A DNA stretch of 61,127 nucleotides, filler included. It is 12 parts of 12 records of this genome, joined end to end, with 100 filler letters (N's around TTAATTAATTAA, not from the genome) between each part and the next. Parts side by side here need not be neighbours in the genome. Positions count along the whole stretch, not along the records: positions 1 to 11,863 come from SRR7504441_12232; positions 11,964 to 18,232 come from SRR7504441_12238; 10 more parts are not named here. One strand, 5' to 3'. Position 1 is the stretch's first letter; every line of letters starts with the position of its first letter. The notes beneath the pieces were generated by a model that was not told where the DNA came from, made no database searches, and worked only from the letters and a program-made list of their open reading frames with translations. Shown here piece after piece: positions 1-12,380 of the stretch. Made by a program: the position numbers and the translations under genes.

Positions 1-2420
1 TTCGGGCTGCCTTGTCATGTTCGGTGTCAGATGACCGAGATGTCAGCACGACTCACCCAAATTGAACAGGAGCTTGCGGCATCTGAGCAGATGGTACGCA
101 TCACAGCCGAGCCAGACTGATGCTGGCGGCAGCAACATGATGCCTCAGAGGCCGTGTCCAACTGCCTGGCACATCACAAGGATGTGGAAGCACTGCTGCG
201 CTCGCTGAATAGCGAGACAGTCACTCGCGAGATCGGGACGTTGCCCCTGGTCCAGCATGTTACCGCGGAGCTAAACCGGGTGGAACGACTGCTTCTGCGG
301 CTCTGAATGGCCAGTGGTCTGTTGTGCAGGATGAGGCTCCGCCAGTACAACTTTGTTCGCACTGCCCACACTGCTCGACCAGGGCTGCTGAACGGGCAGT
401 AAATCAGCTCGGGACAAGGCTGTCAGAGCTTCAGCCGACAGTGCGTGACCTACTGTCTGATTGGCTGGATGGCACAAATCAGGTAAGAGGATGAAATTCG
501 CTCCCTGAGAATACTTTACAGGTGCCTTCATGGTTGGCAGTGGGCTGGTGCGACGCAATGGCAGAGCAAATGCGCATGGGTGTCGCCACCTCAGAGGGTC
601 AAATCTCTGGCTATGAATTTGACTCCCGCCTATGACTGTTGCAGGTGAAGGATGTGGGGACCTGCAAGCATTAAAGCGTGTATTGTTGGGGACTTCAAAT
701 GATGTAGCTGCAGCTCTCGGGGAACTGACCGAAAAGCCGTTCCAAGTGGGAAGGCCCAGGTGGGGAACTCAGTTGAAGGCTATGCAGGCGCTCAAGCAGC
801 GCATAGTAGAGCAGGTTGCAGGTGTGCTCTCGACTCATGAGCGAGTCTGGGAGGTGGTTCACAGGAAACTTAAGGCTGAACTGGACGCTCGGGCTGACCT
901 TCAAGAATTGGGGTTCATGGAGCTGAAGAAATGCCTTAAGATAAAGGGTATTCCGGCAACCGAGGTAAATATATGCCGTGATAACACGGCACTACTCTCA
1001 CTGGAGCAAAAGTGGCATTCTAAACAATTGAACAAGCGGCCTGAGCTGCGGCGTTGCAGCTTGCTTGAAGGATTGCTCAGAAGATGGCATGTCAAAGTAA
1101 TCGTGACAGCTGAGGGCATGGCACAGCGCCTGGGAGAGAGTTCAGACGAAGTGCTCCTAGTTCATCGAATGCTGGTACGAGACTCATTGAAGGTAATGGC
1201 GGTCAGCCTCATTTATGCGATGGGCCTACGAAGACGGAAGTCCACAATTTTGGAACTCATTTGGTGGTGGCGGCATAGTATGATAGCTGAACTGTGTGAC
1301 ATGAATCATCACACGTCATGGAAACTCGGTTTTAGTGATGGCCAGCAATCGATGCAAGACCAGATGGATCGCAATGAGGAGCGGGTAAACATGTTGTCAG
1401 AGGCCTTGAACCAATCAATTAATCAGCTGGAACAAGAGCGCGCAGAAGTAGAACAGGAAAGAATAGAAGTTGCGCTGGACAGAAGACGAAAGCTCGGCAG
1501 TGACCTACGAGAGTCTACCGCTCGAAGGAATTGCAAGCGATATTCAAGAAAGTGAGAGGAGGCCGCTCCAATGCTGTAAAACGCCAGACGCAGAAGGGCA
1601 CGGCGGCCCAGTCTGCTGAAGTGCGCAGTGCCTTGGTTCACAAAGACATTGTCTCGGAACTACGTTCACAATCTACTTTCTACAAGAAGATCGAGGCACA
1701 GGTTGCCGAGTTTCAGCCGCGGCTTGTTGAGATTGCACAAGTTGTGGCAGCTTTCTATTCGACAGATGCACAGGATCTGCTGTCATTCGTAGCCGAAGTC
1801 GAGAAAAGCCTTGCCCATTTAGAGGATGAGAGTCTGGTTTGTCGCAGCATCCCGGATTGGCCAGCCGAGAAGTTGCAGCTGCTCCGCGAAGCATCGGCGC
1901 TGTGCACAGGATTAGGACACCTGGAACATAATATTGATTCGACAATGGACCTCTCTCAGCGTCTAGACACGTTAGCGGCGATGAGCATGTTGCAGTCGTG
2001 CTTTCAGACCACTCAAGATGGGATTGACCGTGTCCACCGGCTCAAAACAGAAAGGGGAGAATCGTTTACTCGAGAACTTGGATTCGACTGGGATATTATC
2101 AAACGCAGCAAAGATCTCGCTGTCAAACTGGCCACTGAGCACTGCACAAGGGCCCTTCGAGTGTACGAGACGTTCAAAGCACATGTTGAGAAAGATTCAG
2201 AGATAACTAACAAATCTGCTGTATTTCACCGAGCATTCAAAGCCTTGAAGAAATCGCTCTCTTTTGGCTTCACTGTATACCAATTCGCAGGTATTTTAAC
2301 CTGTGTGGCAAGTACTGGGGATAACCCGTTGCTGCAGGTGGTTTCGATCAGGTCACAACTTCGTTGTATTCGACGGTGCACGAATGCCTGGAGGCAATGG
2401 GGTCTTTTGCTGAAAGGTGA
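1..2420 (+). CDS. Multi-exon coiled-coil protein with a C-terminal CHUP1-C/At4g04980-like domain; 5' truncated
   Basis: ORF 1531-2430 reads ELRSQSTFYKKIEAQV...DLLSFVAEVEKSLAHLEDESLVCRSIPDWPAEKLQLLREA...SFGFTVYQFAG. Removing intron 2291-2337 gives YQFAGGFD, matching the CHUP1-family C-terminal signature (WPE.K...LREA; F.vhQFAGGFD). The junction with ORF 632-1555 is unresolved. Confidence 0.7.
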
Positions 2421-3055
2421 TGTCCATTAGGCGCCATGTCCTGAAATATAGAGTCTCATTAGAGCTTCACCGCTGTGCTTTTGAAGGTGCGACCAGTCTA
2501 CACCGAGGAACTGCGAGCCCGAATCGCCGAGGTCACCAGGTGGCCGACGAATCTCTGTCTAGGAATCAAGACTTAGCATCAAACTATTGAAAGTCGATAC
2601 AATCATGTAATGTGGATTAAAGACTTCTTGTTCAAATGAACCAATGTAATCAAAGAAACAAGAAGAGATGAATTTCTGTCGAGAGACTCTGATGCACGTA
2701 CACGTAATAATATCATGCACTTGAAAGTCTAATAGTCGATTCGCTCTTACGCATCTAGATACATGTACTCGTACTATAATAAGAGTCGTTTTTCTCAGTA
2801 TTTACTGTATGAGTAGATCTCTAAGCTATTGGTTGTGTTGTCACCCACATGCAGTACTCTAGCAGTGCTCTCGGTGGCATTGATGCGGCAACACACTCAT
2901 CACTCTCCCACTCTCTCCGTCATCTGATCTTGTTCCATAAGGGAATCAAAGTCGATACGATAGCCATCAAGTACATGGCAATCACTTGAAGTCAGACCAT
3001 GGGGCATCCATTGAGGCCTACATCGAGCCCATGGTCCTTGAGCTTCACGCCGCAT

Positions 3056-4765
3056 TCACGCCTGGCTTGCAGCAAACGCCTGAAGCCGCTGTTCAAGTTG
3101 TGCAGCAACACGCGGATCTGTCGCTCGAGCAATCTGCTTCATTAGCTCTGCCACAGTAACGTGCCTTTCATCGTGGCTGCCTTCCCAGGTAGTCTCTCCG
3201 AACTCAGCCATAAAGTCTTGCATCAGTACCTCGTCCACAAGATTCCTGTTCTCCTTCCAAGTAGTTCCGGCCGGCATTCGGATACCAGCTCTAGGGTGCG
3301 CCAGGCCTTCCCAGTGGTCAATTGAAACTCCAGCAAGACCCTGCCCGTCATACGATTTCGGGGCCTTGGCGGGATCGAATGGACCATGATTCGATTGCAC
3401 GATCACCACGTCGTCAATGACTTTGCCGTACATGTCTGGTCCAAAGAAGGTTGGGTCAGTCATGACTTGCTGCCACCGGATATGTGTGGCATTGTAAATT
3501 GTCATCTTTGAGTAGCCGAAAGTGTTCGAACGGAAGGCTGAGCGCGGCGGCTGCGGCAGGTTGAATGGCTCGTGCAGCTCCTTGCAGCCAGCAGCGCCGG
3601 TGACAATGTAAATTGGCGCCTTGGGCTCCAGATTGGATTGCCACGTCTTGTTGAGGTACGTCGGCCAGCTCCGCTCGTAGTTGTGTTCATGTCCGTTCAC
3701 AAACAGATCGACGCCCTGCTCGAAAATCAACTTCTCAAACCCGAAAGTGCCATTGGACCACGGACCGAGCCGCTGCTGCGAGGCTTCTCCGTCACAGTCT
3801 CCATCACAGGAGCAGTACATGGAGCGGTGTCCATTCACGATGATCCAGGGCACGTTGTGCCGGTTCTTGTTGGCTTTGATCAGGTCCTGTTCGAGCCAGT
3901 TGAACTGGTCGGCAATCAGCTTGTAGCCGCCCCTAGAGAGCATCGCCCCACCCTGGATCTCGGTGCTGATGCTCACATAGTGCACCAGCCCGGAGTCCCA
4001 AGAGAAATACCAGTTGTTGGGCGCCGGCCCGTTGACTGAGCTCACGTTGCCCGTGCTGCTCGGCATGTGCCTCCAGCTCTCGGTGTAGTGGGCCAGGCTC
4101 AGGTCGCCATCCTCGTGATTCCCGTGCGAGACCATGTACGGAAACCTGGCAGCCACCGGCTCAATGTTCCGGAAGAAATTGTCGGCGGTGGTCCCGCCGT
4201 TGGAGTCCATATCGTACGCGAAGTCGCCGGTGTGCAGTATCATGTCCGGTGCCTCCGAGATGATCCCGGCCGACCGGTTGGTGCACACGCAACGCTCGGC
4301 GCTGGTGCACGAGGGGCACAGACTGTACGCGAAGGCCGAGCCCATGTCGCCCATCAGGACGTGTACCTGGGGCAGCTGGGCCGCCAGGGTGCTCGCGTCC
4401 GCCTGAGACTTGAAATCGAACACCTCGGACCAGCCCGAGCTCTCCCCGCCCACCTTGTAGAAGTAGCTACTACTCGGGGCCAGCCCGCTCATCTCGGCCA
4501 CGTGCATCGTCCAGTTCCGGCCAGGATCGACCGTGAACAGCGTGCTAGACCCTTCCGCCGTCCGGTCCAGCTTGTCCGCGGCCGTGCCCCACCTGACGGT
4601 GCTCTCGGAGCCCAGCGAATCGTACGTCTGCCAGGCCACCCGCATCCGGCTCGGGTCAAGCCCGAGACCTAGCCGCACGCCGTCTGGACTGGTCAGGTTG
4701 CTCCCAGAGCAAGCCGCCACCATCATCATAAGCCCGATCCGGGTCATAAGCATCGAGTACGTCAT
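3056..4765 (-). CDS. Secreted purple acid phosphatase (ACP7-like metallophosphoesterase); intronless
   Basis: Signal peptide, FN3-like N-terminal domain (LAPSSSYFYKVG), and all five metal-ligand motifs: DMG, GDFAY, GNHE, NGHR, GHEH. Confidence 0.93.
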   Translation of the reverse strand: MTYSMLMTRIGLMMMVAACSGSNLTSPDGVRLGLGLDPSRMRVAWQTYDSLGSESTVRWGTAADKLDRTAEGSSTLFTVDPGRNWTMHVAEMSGLAPSSSYFYKVGGESSGWSEVFDFKSQADASTLAAQLPQVHVLMGDMGSAFAYSLCPSCTSAERCVCTNRSAGIISEAPDMILHTGDFAYDMDSNGGTTADNFFRNIEPVAARFPYMVSHGNHEDGDLSLAHYTESWRHMPSSTGNVSSVNGPAPNNWYFSWDSGLVHYVSISTEIQGGAMLSRGGYKLIADQFNWLEQDLIKANKNRHNVPWIIVNGHRSMYCSCDGDCDGEASQQRLGPWSNGTFGFEKLIFEQGVDLFVNGHEHNYERSWPTYLNKTWQSNLEPKAPIYIVTGAAGCKELHEPFNLPQPPRSAFRSNTFGYSKMTIYNATHIRWQQVMTDPTFFGPDMYGKVIDDVVIVQSNHGPFDPAKAPKSYDGQGLAGVSIDHWEGLAHPRAGIRMPAGTTWKENRNLVDEVLMQDFMAEFGETTWEGSHDERHVTVAELMKQIARATDPRVAAQLEQRLQAFAASQA

Positions 4766-4973
4766 GTCTGCCCCAAACGCACCTGCTGGTGCCACGAAGA
4801 GATTACGAGTCCTGCAAGGAATGAAAATAAATATAATAAAATGCGGTCACGTTGAGGATTGGATGTTCCACCTTCGTCCGTGGATTGCCAAATGTCAACT
4901 GTCGTGTCTTCAGGCTTGGCGTAGGGGTAGGGTCGAGGTGCTCAGGCCTGGGAGGGTTGCTTGAGTCCGCGTG

Positions 4974-7900
4974 ATGAGCAAGGCTCCGGATGTGGTCGGG
5001 TCGCCCGGCTGGCTGTGCTATGGGGACACGGTGCTGCTGTACTCGGACGAGGTGCAGGGCTACGTGGAGGGCCAGCTCGAGGGCGAGAGCTCAAAGCTCA
5101 CGCTATCCAGCCTGTGGGCGACCGACAAACCTAGCTCCCCGAGGGGAGGCGAGCAGTCAGCCACTAGCACGCGGCTCCCTCCGGTCGAGATCCGCGACTG
5201 CTTGTTCGTATTCGAGCCGAAACAGGTCACCTCCCCCCCTCCCGCGGAAATCCCACGGCGGGCGCAGGTATACACGTCACAGAATGGGAACAAAGAGGAT
5301 GCCCTGATGGCGAAGGCCGAGGCGCTGAGCAACAACCAGAAGATCGCCAAGTTCGCCGGGAACGAGATCACGATGGGCTCGCTGGTGCAGCTCAGGCACG
5401 TGCACACCGGACTGTACGTCGCGTTCATGCAAGGCCGGGCCGACGCCGACGCAAGGCTGTTGAAGGTGGACCAGCACGAGGGTGCAGCCTGCCGACTGAC
5501 GGCGGGGACAGGTGCACTTGCAGGCAGGAGCGCCCGAGTGCGCCTTCAGAATGAGCCCTGGGTGGGTGCTGGCTGCTGGGGGCGTGAGGCGTGGGGCAGG
5601 TTCAAGTCGTACAAGGTGGGAGACTCGTTGCGCTACCACGAGGTCTTGGCGCTCAAGACCGAGCAGAACTCGCTGCTGCTGCACACCACCCAGTTCAGGG
5701 TAGGCGCGCGGCTCTGGCTCGGCTGACTGCGCGCGCAGGAGCTGCCGGCCAACCGGCACGATTACGTCAAGGGGCTGTGGGAGCTGAACGCCTGCCCGGA
5801 CAGCGTGCAGCGCAACTACAAGTTTCGGGTGCTCCCTTTCAAGAGGGCCCAGGGCGCGGTCTGGCCCGTGCCGCTGGCTGGCGGGAGCGTGTGCCACATC
5901 TATCACACGGAGTTGGAGATGCTTCTGTCATCGTCGCAGGGCCAGTCGCTGGCGGCAAGCCAGTCTATCATCCCGGAGGATAAGAGCAACTCACGGCTGC
6001 GCCGCAGCAAGTCGTCACATGCTGAAGGGATTAAACTTGAAAATGATGTGATTCAGCAGAAGGTCTTCTTCGAGGGATTTGATCAGAGCACCTCAACCGA
6101 TGGCGTGTTCGAGTCCCAGGCGCTCTGGAGGCTGGAACCGCTGGCCGAGCCGTGGGGCGAAGGGCTGCAGACCAATCAACCAGTGAGGATAAAACACGTG
6201 ACCACTGGACAGTATCTGATCATGATCTCGATCCCATCAGCAACCACCCGAAGCGCGTCAGCTGAAGGCGCCGATCCAGGAGCTAGAGGCGTGGTGCAGC
6301 TGGTCAACACATACATGGATCCGAGGACGCTGTGGATGCTCGGTTCGAAGCTGGCCAATCAGACGCACGCTCTCTTTCAAGGGGAGAAAGTGTATTTACA
6401 GCACATCGAGACTGGCTTATGGATGATCAATCAAGAAGATGGTGTCGAGAATCTGTCTATGGAGGTTGAGCAATTGAAGAAGTCCCACCAAGTTGCGATC
6501 CGAGGCCAGGAAGGGCGGAGCGACGGCGACTTGTACGAGTTGCAGTTGCTCGACGAAGACTTGATCAGGCATCTGAGCCGCGTCGAGCAGAACCTTGTCA
6601 TAGTGCGAAGTGGGTTGCGAGCGTTGCACAGCATGTCCGACCCCTCTGTCAGTGCAGTGAATGCCGTGGCAGTAGAGCTGGAGGTTGCTTACAGCCGAAT
6701 GACGAAAGACTGCAAGGAACTTCGTGGCCTGGGCAGCACGTACCAGAAATTGTATGGTGACCAGGACGCTATCACGGATACTATTCAGCTGACGTTCTTT
6801 TTGTTCAGCCCGAAAAATTACTCTGAAAATAGCCATGGATGGCAGGGTGGGGGTTGGGGATTTGGCTTTCCTGGGTCTAAACACAGGGACGTCTCCACTG
6901 AAATCAAGAATATGGGGCGGCTGATGACTGGATTCCTGACTGCGGTGTGCAAGGGTCACAAAGATAACCAGTGTCGACTGGCTGTGTTCAAAGACCTCAT
7001 CGCGACACTGCTGCCATCGCCGTATGGGCATGCTGATTGCTATGCGGAATGCATACGGGACAATCGCGAGCTGATTCAAGACATGACGGGTGAGGACACT
7101 GACAAGATTCTCTCAGTGTTGGTTGAGCAGCAGACCGGGCAAAGTTTTAAACAGGACGCCTGGTTCAGCAAACCACCAGAACATTCTTTGCACGTTGGTG
7201 GGAGGTACGTGATGCTCTTGAGCATGCTCTGCAAGTGCGAAGGTGAGCCTGTTGTGGCCAACCAAAATCTTATCCTGGAGAACTTCTTCATGAAGTTCCC
7301 TGACATGAGACTGCGAGCATCTCCCGACTCGAGAACCACCTTAGTCGTGCCCTATTCATCACAAGCACTCACGGTTAGTTTGCCTGGGTTCAAGACAAAG
7401 CTCGAGCAGCGCCCTGAGATGTTGACTGTAAACTTGAGGGAACTCCAGATCGACGAGAGGCTGTTCCGCTACCACATTCAGGTGTTGAGGCTGCTCTCTG
7501 TGATGATGGATGGCCGGAATCGGCTGGTGACGGACTGGGTGCTGGCGGGCGAGCTGGACCCTGCGACTAGGGTCGGGCTGCGATATCACGAGCTGCTCGA
7601 GTCGATCCAAGATGAGACCCTGCCTCAGCTTTACCGTGCTGTCAGTTGTCAACTCCTCTACGTGCTGTATATCGACCGTGAACCCTACGAGGTTCTGCCG
7701 CACGTCTCACTGGTGCGCTGTGCCTCACTTGCCACCAAAAATCCGCTGGTGCAATCGGTGCCTGCAGTTCGGGTCAAGGTGGACCCTTTCGCGGGCAAGC
7801 TGGATGAGCTGCGGCCCACTGCTGGATTTAGTGATCTTCGAGCTTGGTTGGCACACTACTTTACTCGAGCTCCAAAGCTGTCTCCGGATCGGCCCTTCGA

Positions 7901-10900
7901 CGCAATGCTCATGAAGGAGGCGGTCAAGCTCGCACAAGCAATGTTAGACTTTGGACATCTGCATGGCGACGATGACCCATCCACACTGCAAAAACCCAGG
8001 AATGGGACTCTCGCGAGGATTGCTGAGCTGCTAGATCCAATGCTGGATCATTTTGATGCCCGCGCTGTAGGGCCACGGAACTTCGAATTCACACCCAACA
8101 CCGAAGACGCGCTCCAAGCAAGGCTGCTCATGGCCCAATTCCTACAATCTGCGTTTGACTGTCGCCAAGAGGTCCGTTTAGCCCTTGCATTCGAACAATT
8201 CGAATACTTGTTCGATCGCAAGTTCGTGCAGAACACGGCTGCAAATGGCAAGGCGAATCATATGAACCCTCTGTTCAAGCCCGGGGTCGAGCCCAATACG
8301 AGCAGCGCTTCTAAGTATCCAAGGGGCTCGGGCACAGCAATCGAGATGACTGGTTCAAGCCAGATGCATTTGGTGCTTCAGCAACTGGACGATTCACCGA
8401 CGTTTTGGCAGTCGAATGCTCCATGGGATGTAGCTGCGCTCGAGGAACTGAATAAATCTCTCTTCAACAGTCCCTTGATTGCTCCGAGAGTTTCAGCCGC
8501 TCAGACTCTAGACCCCCTGCCAGAATTCCCCAAGATGCTCCTCGACTTGGTCCAATACGAATATATGCCCCTGGTCACATCAGCACTCTCTCTGCTTGTG
8601 CGCCACTTTGGTCAACGAGCAGTGATGGTGACCAACATGGTCAACACACAGTGTGTGATGTACCCCGAGGTCGCTGGTCTGATGGCTCGAGTGAAAAGTG
8701 CCAAGTCTGAGATCCGCCGCCAACAAAAGTGGTTGACGTCGCCCGATGAGGCCAAGAGGATTCAAGGATTCCAGACGACGATGGCAAAGATTGACTCACT
8801 TGTCGAGATCTTGACGCTAGGGAGCGAAGTTGACATCAGTCCAGATTGGCGGATCACAATCACTAAGGTGGAAGTAGAAAAGTTCCAAAGTATGATGCGG
8901 CATCTCAAGGTTCACGAGCAGATTCTAAAGCTGCTCAAAATATCATTGCCGATCTACACCCGGTTCACCAAGAGCTGCTTCAAGGAGGTCTGGGACAGGC
9001 TTGTAGCAGAGGGCGAAATCACAGCAGGCGGCATTCAATCGGAGACTGAGCTGAACGTTGTCTGCAAAGCAGTTGGCAAATCAATGGGTTTGAGCGAGAG
9101 CATGTTGATCCTGCCCCCAGGAACTGCTCTACAGAACTTCGAGTCTCTAGGAGACTTTGACCTATTCTTCGAATGGTGGGAGCTCAACCTGCCCTTACCG
9201 TTGCCAAAGTTGTTTGATTGCATCTATACGTTCTTGGGTAGCTTCTGTAGCAATGCGGAGCCCAATCAGCAGATCTTGCACAATGAACATACGCTTTTCG
9301 AATCTCACATCAGCCGGATGAGGACCGGATTCTTCTTTAAATCTCTCTATGAGGGCAACAAGGGCACAAGCAACAGTGTCAAGGACACTTTATTACGGGA
9401 TTCTGTTGCGGTAGTGCTAGACCCCCAACGAGGGCCAGAACGTACGGCACATGCTTCATTCTTAGCTGCTGTCTGCTGCACACGCGGTCGCAGGAACTTG
9501 CGGGCTTCTAAACTGGTCATGCATCATCTCGAGGCCTTCGGTGCGATCAAGGCACCTGAGCTCAGTGACTATGCTGATGGCCCTGACAACCCCGACATCA
9601 CCCTGTTCTGCGAGATTCTGAGGATTCAAGTCTTGGCATGTCATGGTAAGGCTGCCGAGAACGAAATCAAGGCACAGTCGTTGTTCAAATATGACATGCT
9701 GCTTAGTGCCATTATTGATGGCAGTGCCATGATAGCCGCAGAGATGAAAGCTCACCAGGCTAAGGAGAAGCCCCCTTCGCCAGCGCAGAAGGAGCTTGAA
9801 GCGCTCCTGAATGATCCAAGTGCCAGTCCTGAAAAAGAGGAACGCATCAAGCTGGCTGTCGCTGCCCTTGGTGATGGTGAACTGGTAGACATAGAGGAGA
9901 AGCTTGGCGTAGACTTGGATGGTGATGGGGTGGTGGGAGACCCGAAAATTGTTGCATTCAGGAAGGCTGCAGGAGTAATGCTGCAATTCTTTAACGAGGT
10001 TTTTGTGTTTACAGGATCTCCTGCTGCTCGAATGGCTTGTGACTCAGGAGAGCGCTTACTGGCGACCGAGCCCGAAGGTCTAAACGACTGTCTATTTGGA
10101 TACTGCATCAGTGAAATGGAGCTGGCAATTGCCATGTATACTGATTGTGCTCAAGGTAATTTGAATATCCGAGGCGACAGAGCGCGCGAGGAGCAGGTGG
10201 AGTTACTCTGGGAAGGCATAATGCCAACGATTACAAACTATTACCAAGAGTACATAGTCCAATCCAAGTTTGAAGTCACAAGAGATGCTCTCTGCGCTCA
10301 GCTCGAGAAACTGAGGGATGTTGTCAGCAGGGAGCCTCGCCTCTTCGAGGATAGCCATTATCGGAAGCTGGAGCAAGCTTTAACATTTGTTGCCCCCAGC
10401 TTGGAAGGTCTCGTACAAGAGCCTGGCGACTTTGCAGAGGAGGATGACACTGTCTCAAAGCTCAGGCAGGCGTTCAAGGACGGCTGGTACGAATTTGCGG
10501 TGGCATTTGGAAGGTGGGCAGTCTAGAGCTAGCTATGTCCTCGCTGTAGTGCTGTGATTATGCGCTCACTTGTGTGTGATTGTGTAGCTCTATTGGCGTG
10601 AAAGACATCAAGCGTTCACTCGGCCCTGGCATTCGCAATTTGGGCATATTGTGTAACTCGGTGAAGATACCAGACACAGAGCGGTCATTCCAAGAAGTCT
10701 TGCTTCGGATATTTGAAGTGTTGCAAGAGCCTGGCGCTCCAGAAAAGCTCCTGTCGGATCTGCTCAGAATCACCCGGACGGCGCTGTACCTTGATGACCC
10801 CAATGACGTGCACCGAGAACTCCAGGCGGCAAATTGGGATGCCATGTGCAATGATGAGCCGCAGATGAAGCAGGAGCCGCACAAGGAATGTCTCGCGTGG

Positions 10901-11863
10901 TCTCAAAACAAGTTCATTGACCTTGGATCAATGCGCGTGGTCGTCAGGCTATTGCCACATCCGTCTGAGGGAGTCCGCAATGCTGTATTGCGGCTAGGGA
11001 TCGCAATGATCGAAGAGGGAAACAAAGCGGGCATATCCTGGTTGCTGCAAGACCTCAAAATGAATCGCGGTGGCGAAAAATTCTTCGCCGCCATGCAAGA
11101 CATACTGCGCCAAACAGCGGAAACTATAGAATCACATATGGAGCTGATGGAGCAACAAGCTGAAGCAGAGCTTTTGTCTAGTAGAAGTACTATGACTCGT
11201 CGGTCTGCACGTGCAACAGCCGAGGCCGAGGAGCAGCTGAAGAATGCGTTGAATCTGACCACTGCCGTTCTTGTATTGAGGTTTGTGAAGCTTTGCTGCG
11301 AGGGCAACCATACTGACATGCAAGACTTTTTGCGAGACCAACAGGGGGGGCAGCCGGGTGCGGCCAAGTTCAACATCGTGTTGGAGACTGTGTCGATGCT
11401 CGAATTTGCGAGCCAACACCTGGAGACATATCTCGCAAAGGACCCAAAGCCAATCTTCAAACTGATTACTCACGCCCTAGAATTTTTAACTGAAGCTATG
11501 CTTGGTACGCCTGATAACCAGAATCAAGCCTTCCTGATGGACTCAGACTTGCCTGCAAGTCTGCGCAGCATGTTTTGTCTCCTCTTGCCGGACACATCAG
11601 TTGAGGCTGTGGTAGCATGCACAGGTTTGCTCGTCACTTGACTTTTCTGCTTGCAGGTGATTGAAGATCTCATGGATGACAGCGAGATCAGGGTATGGAT
11701 ACTCGAGTGCCTATTGGCAATGCTGGAGGGCTCCTCCAATCCAGCCAGAATTGAGAGCTTATGCACGAACTTTCCAATCGAGGTGCTAGTGGAGAACATC
11801 GTTGCAATCCTTCACCCAGTGACTGGGGTCTTGGCACTCGAGCTCCGTCCTGACTCCTCGCGT
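4974..11863 (+). CDS. ITPR: Inositol 1,4,5-trisphosphate receptor-like Ca2+ release channel; multi-exon, 3' truncated before the pore domain
   Basis: Suppressor-domain motifs LCYGDTVLLY, RDCLF and GSLVQLRHVHTGLY; MIR/beta-trefoil region (LWRLE, VRIKHVTTGQYL); RIH segments; RIH-associated motif LRFVKLCCEGNHTDMQDFLRDQ...NIVLETVSML. Short introns join ORFs 4971, 5512, 5805, 10580 and 11651. Confidence 0.9.
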
Positions 11864-11963
11864 NNNNNNNNNNNNNNNNNNNNNNNNNNNNNNNNNNNNN
11901 NNNNNNNTTAATTAATTAANNNNNNNNNNNNNNNNNNNNNNNNNNNNNNNNNNNNNNNNNNNN
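11864..11963. other. Artificial contig spacer N44-TTAATTAATTAA-N44. The same spacer occurs at 18233-18332, 22528-22627, 26011-26110, 32898-32997, 38581-38680, 43181-43280, 46575-46674, 49728-49827, 53217-53316 and 57830-57929.
   Basis: Eleven identical 100-bp blocks, each containing a six-frame stop linker; genes are cut off at these blocks. Confidence 0.98.
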
Positions 11964-12380
11964 AGCCGCAAGGCTGAAGGCAGCAGAGGAGGAAGCAAAA
12001 AGGGGAGAGGCAGCAAAGGTGAAGGCGGCTGAAGAAGAGGCCGAGGAGGAGGCAAAATCAGCTAGGATGAAGGCGGCCGAAGAGAAGGCAGCTAAGGTTA
12101 AGGCAGAGGAGCAGGCTGCAAGTGCGGCGCTTGCAGAGGAGCAGGCAGCAAGGATCAAGGCTGCTGAAGAGCAGGCAGCAAGAGCCAGGGCCGCTGCCGA
12201 AGAGGTGACAGCGCAGACAAAGGCTGCGGCAGAGGCCTCAAGAGCAAAAGCTGCTGAGGAGGCTGCGGCAGGGGTGAAGGCTGCTGAGGAGGAGGCAGTC
12301 AGGGCACGAGTTGTCGCTGCAGAGGCAGCAAAGCTGACAGCTGCTCACGAGGCAGCTGCTGCGAGGACGAACGCCGCCCA
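11964..12380 (+). repeat. Degenerate coding repeat of ~11 aa (xxKAAEEExAx)
   Basis: Repeated aaggctgc(t/a)gaggag-like units. Confidence 0.8.

Noticed and set aside
1469-1555. Programmed frameshift or stop readthrough between ORFs 632-1555 and 1531-2430
   Set aside because: A phase-0 GT-AG intron (1469-1527) or a sequencing error explains it, and no slippery site was seen.
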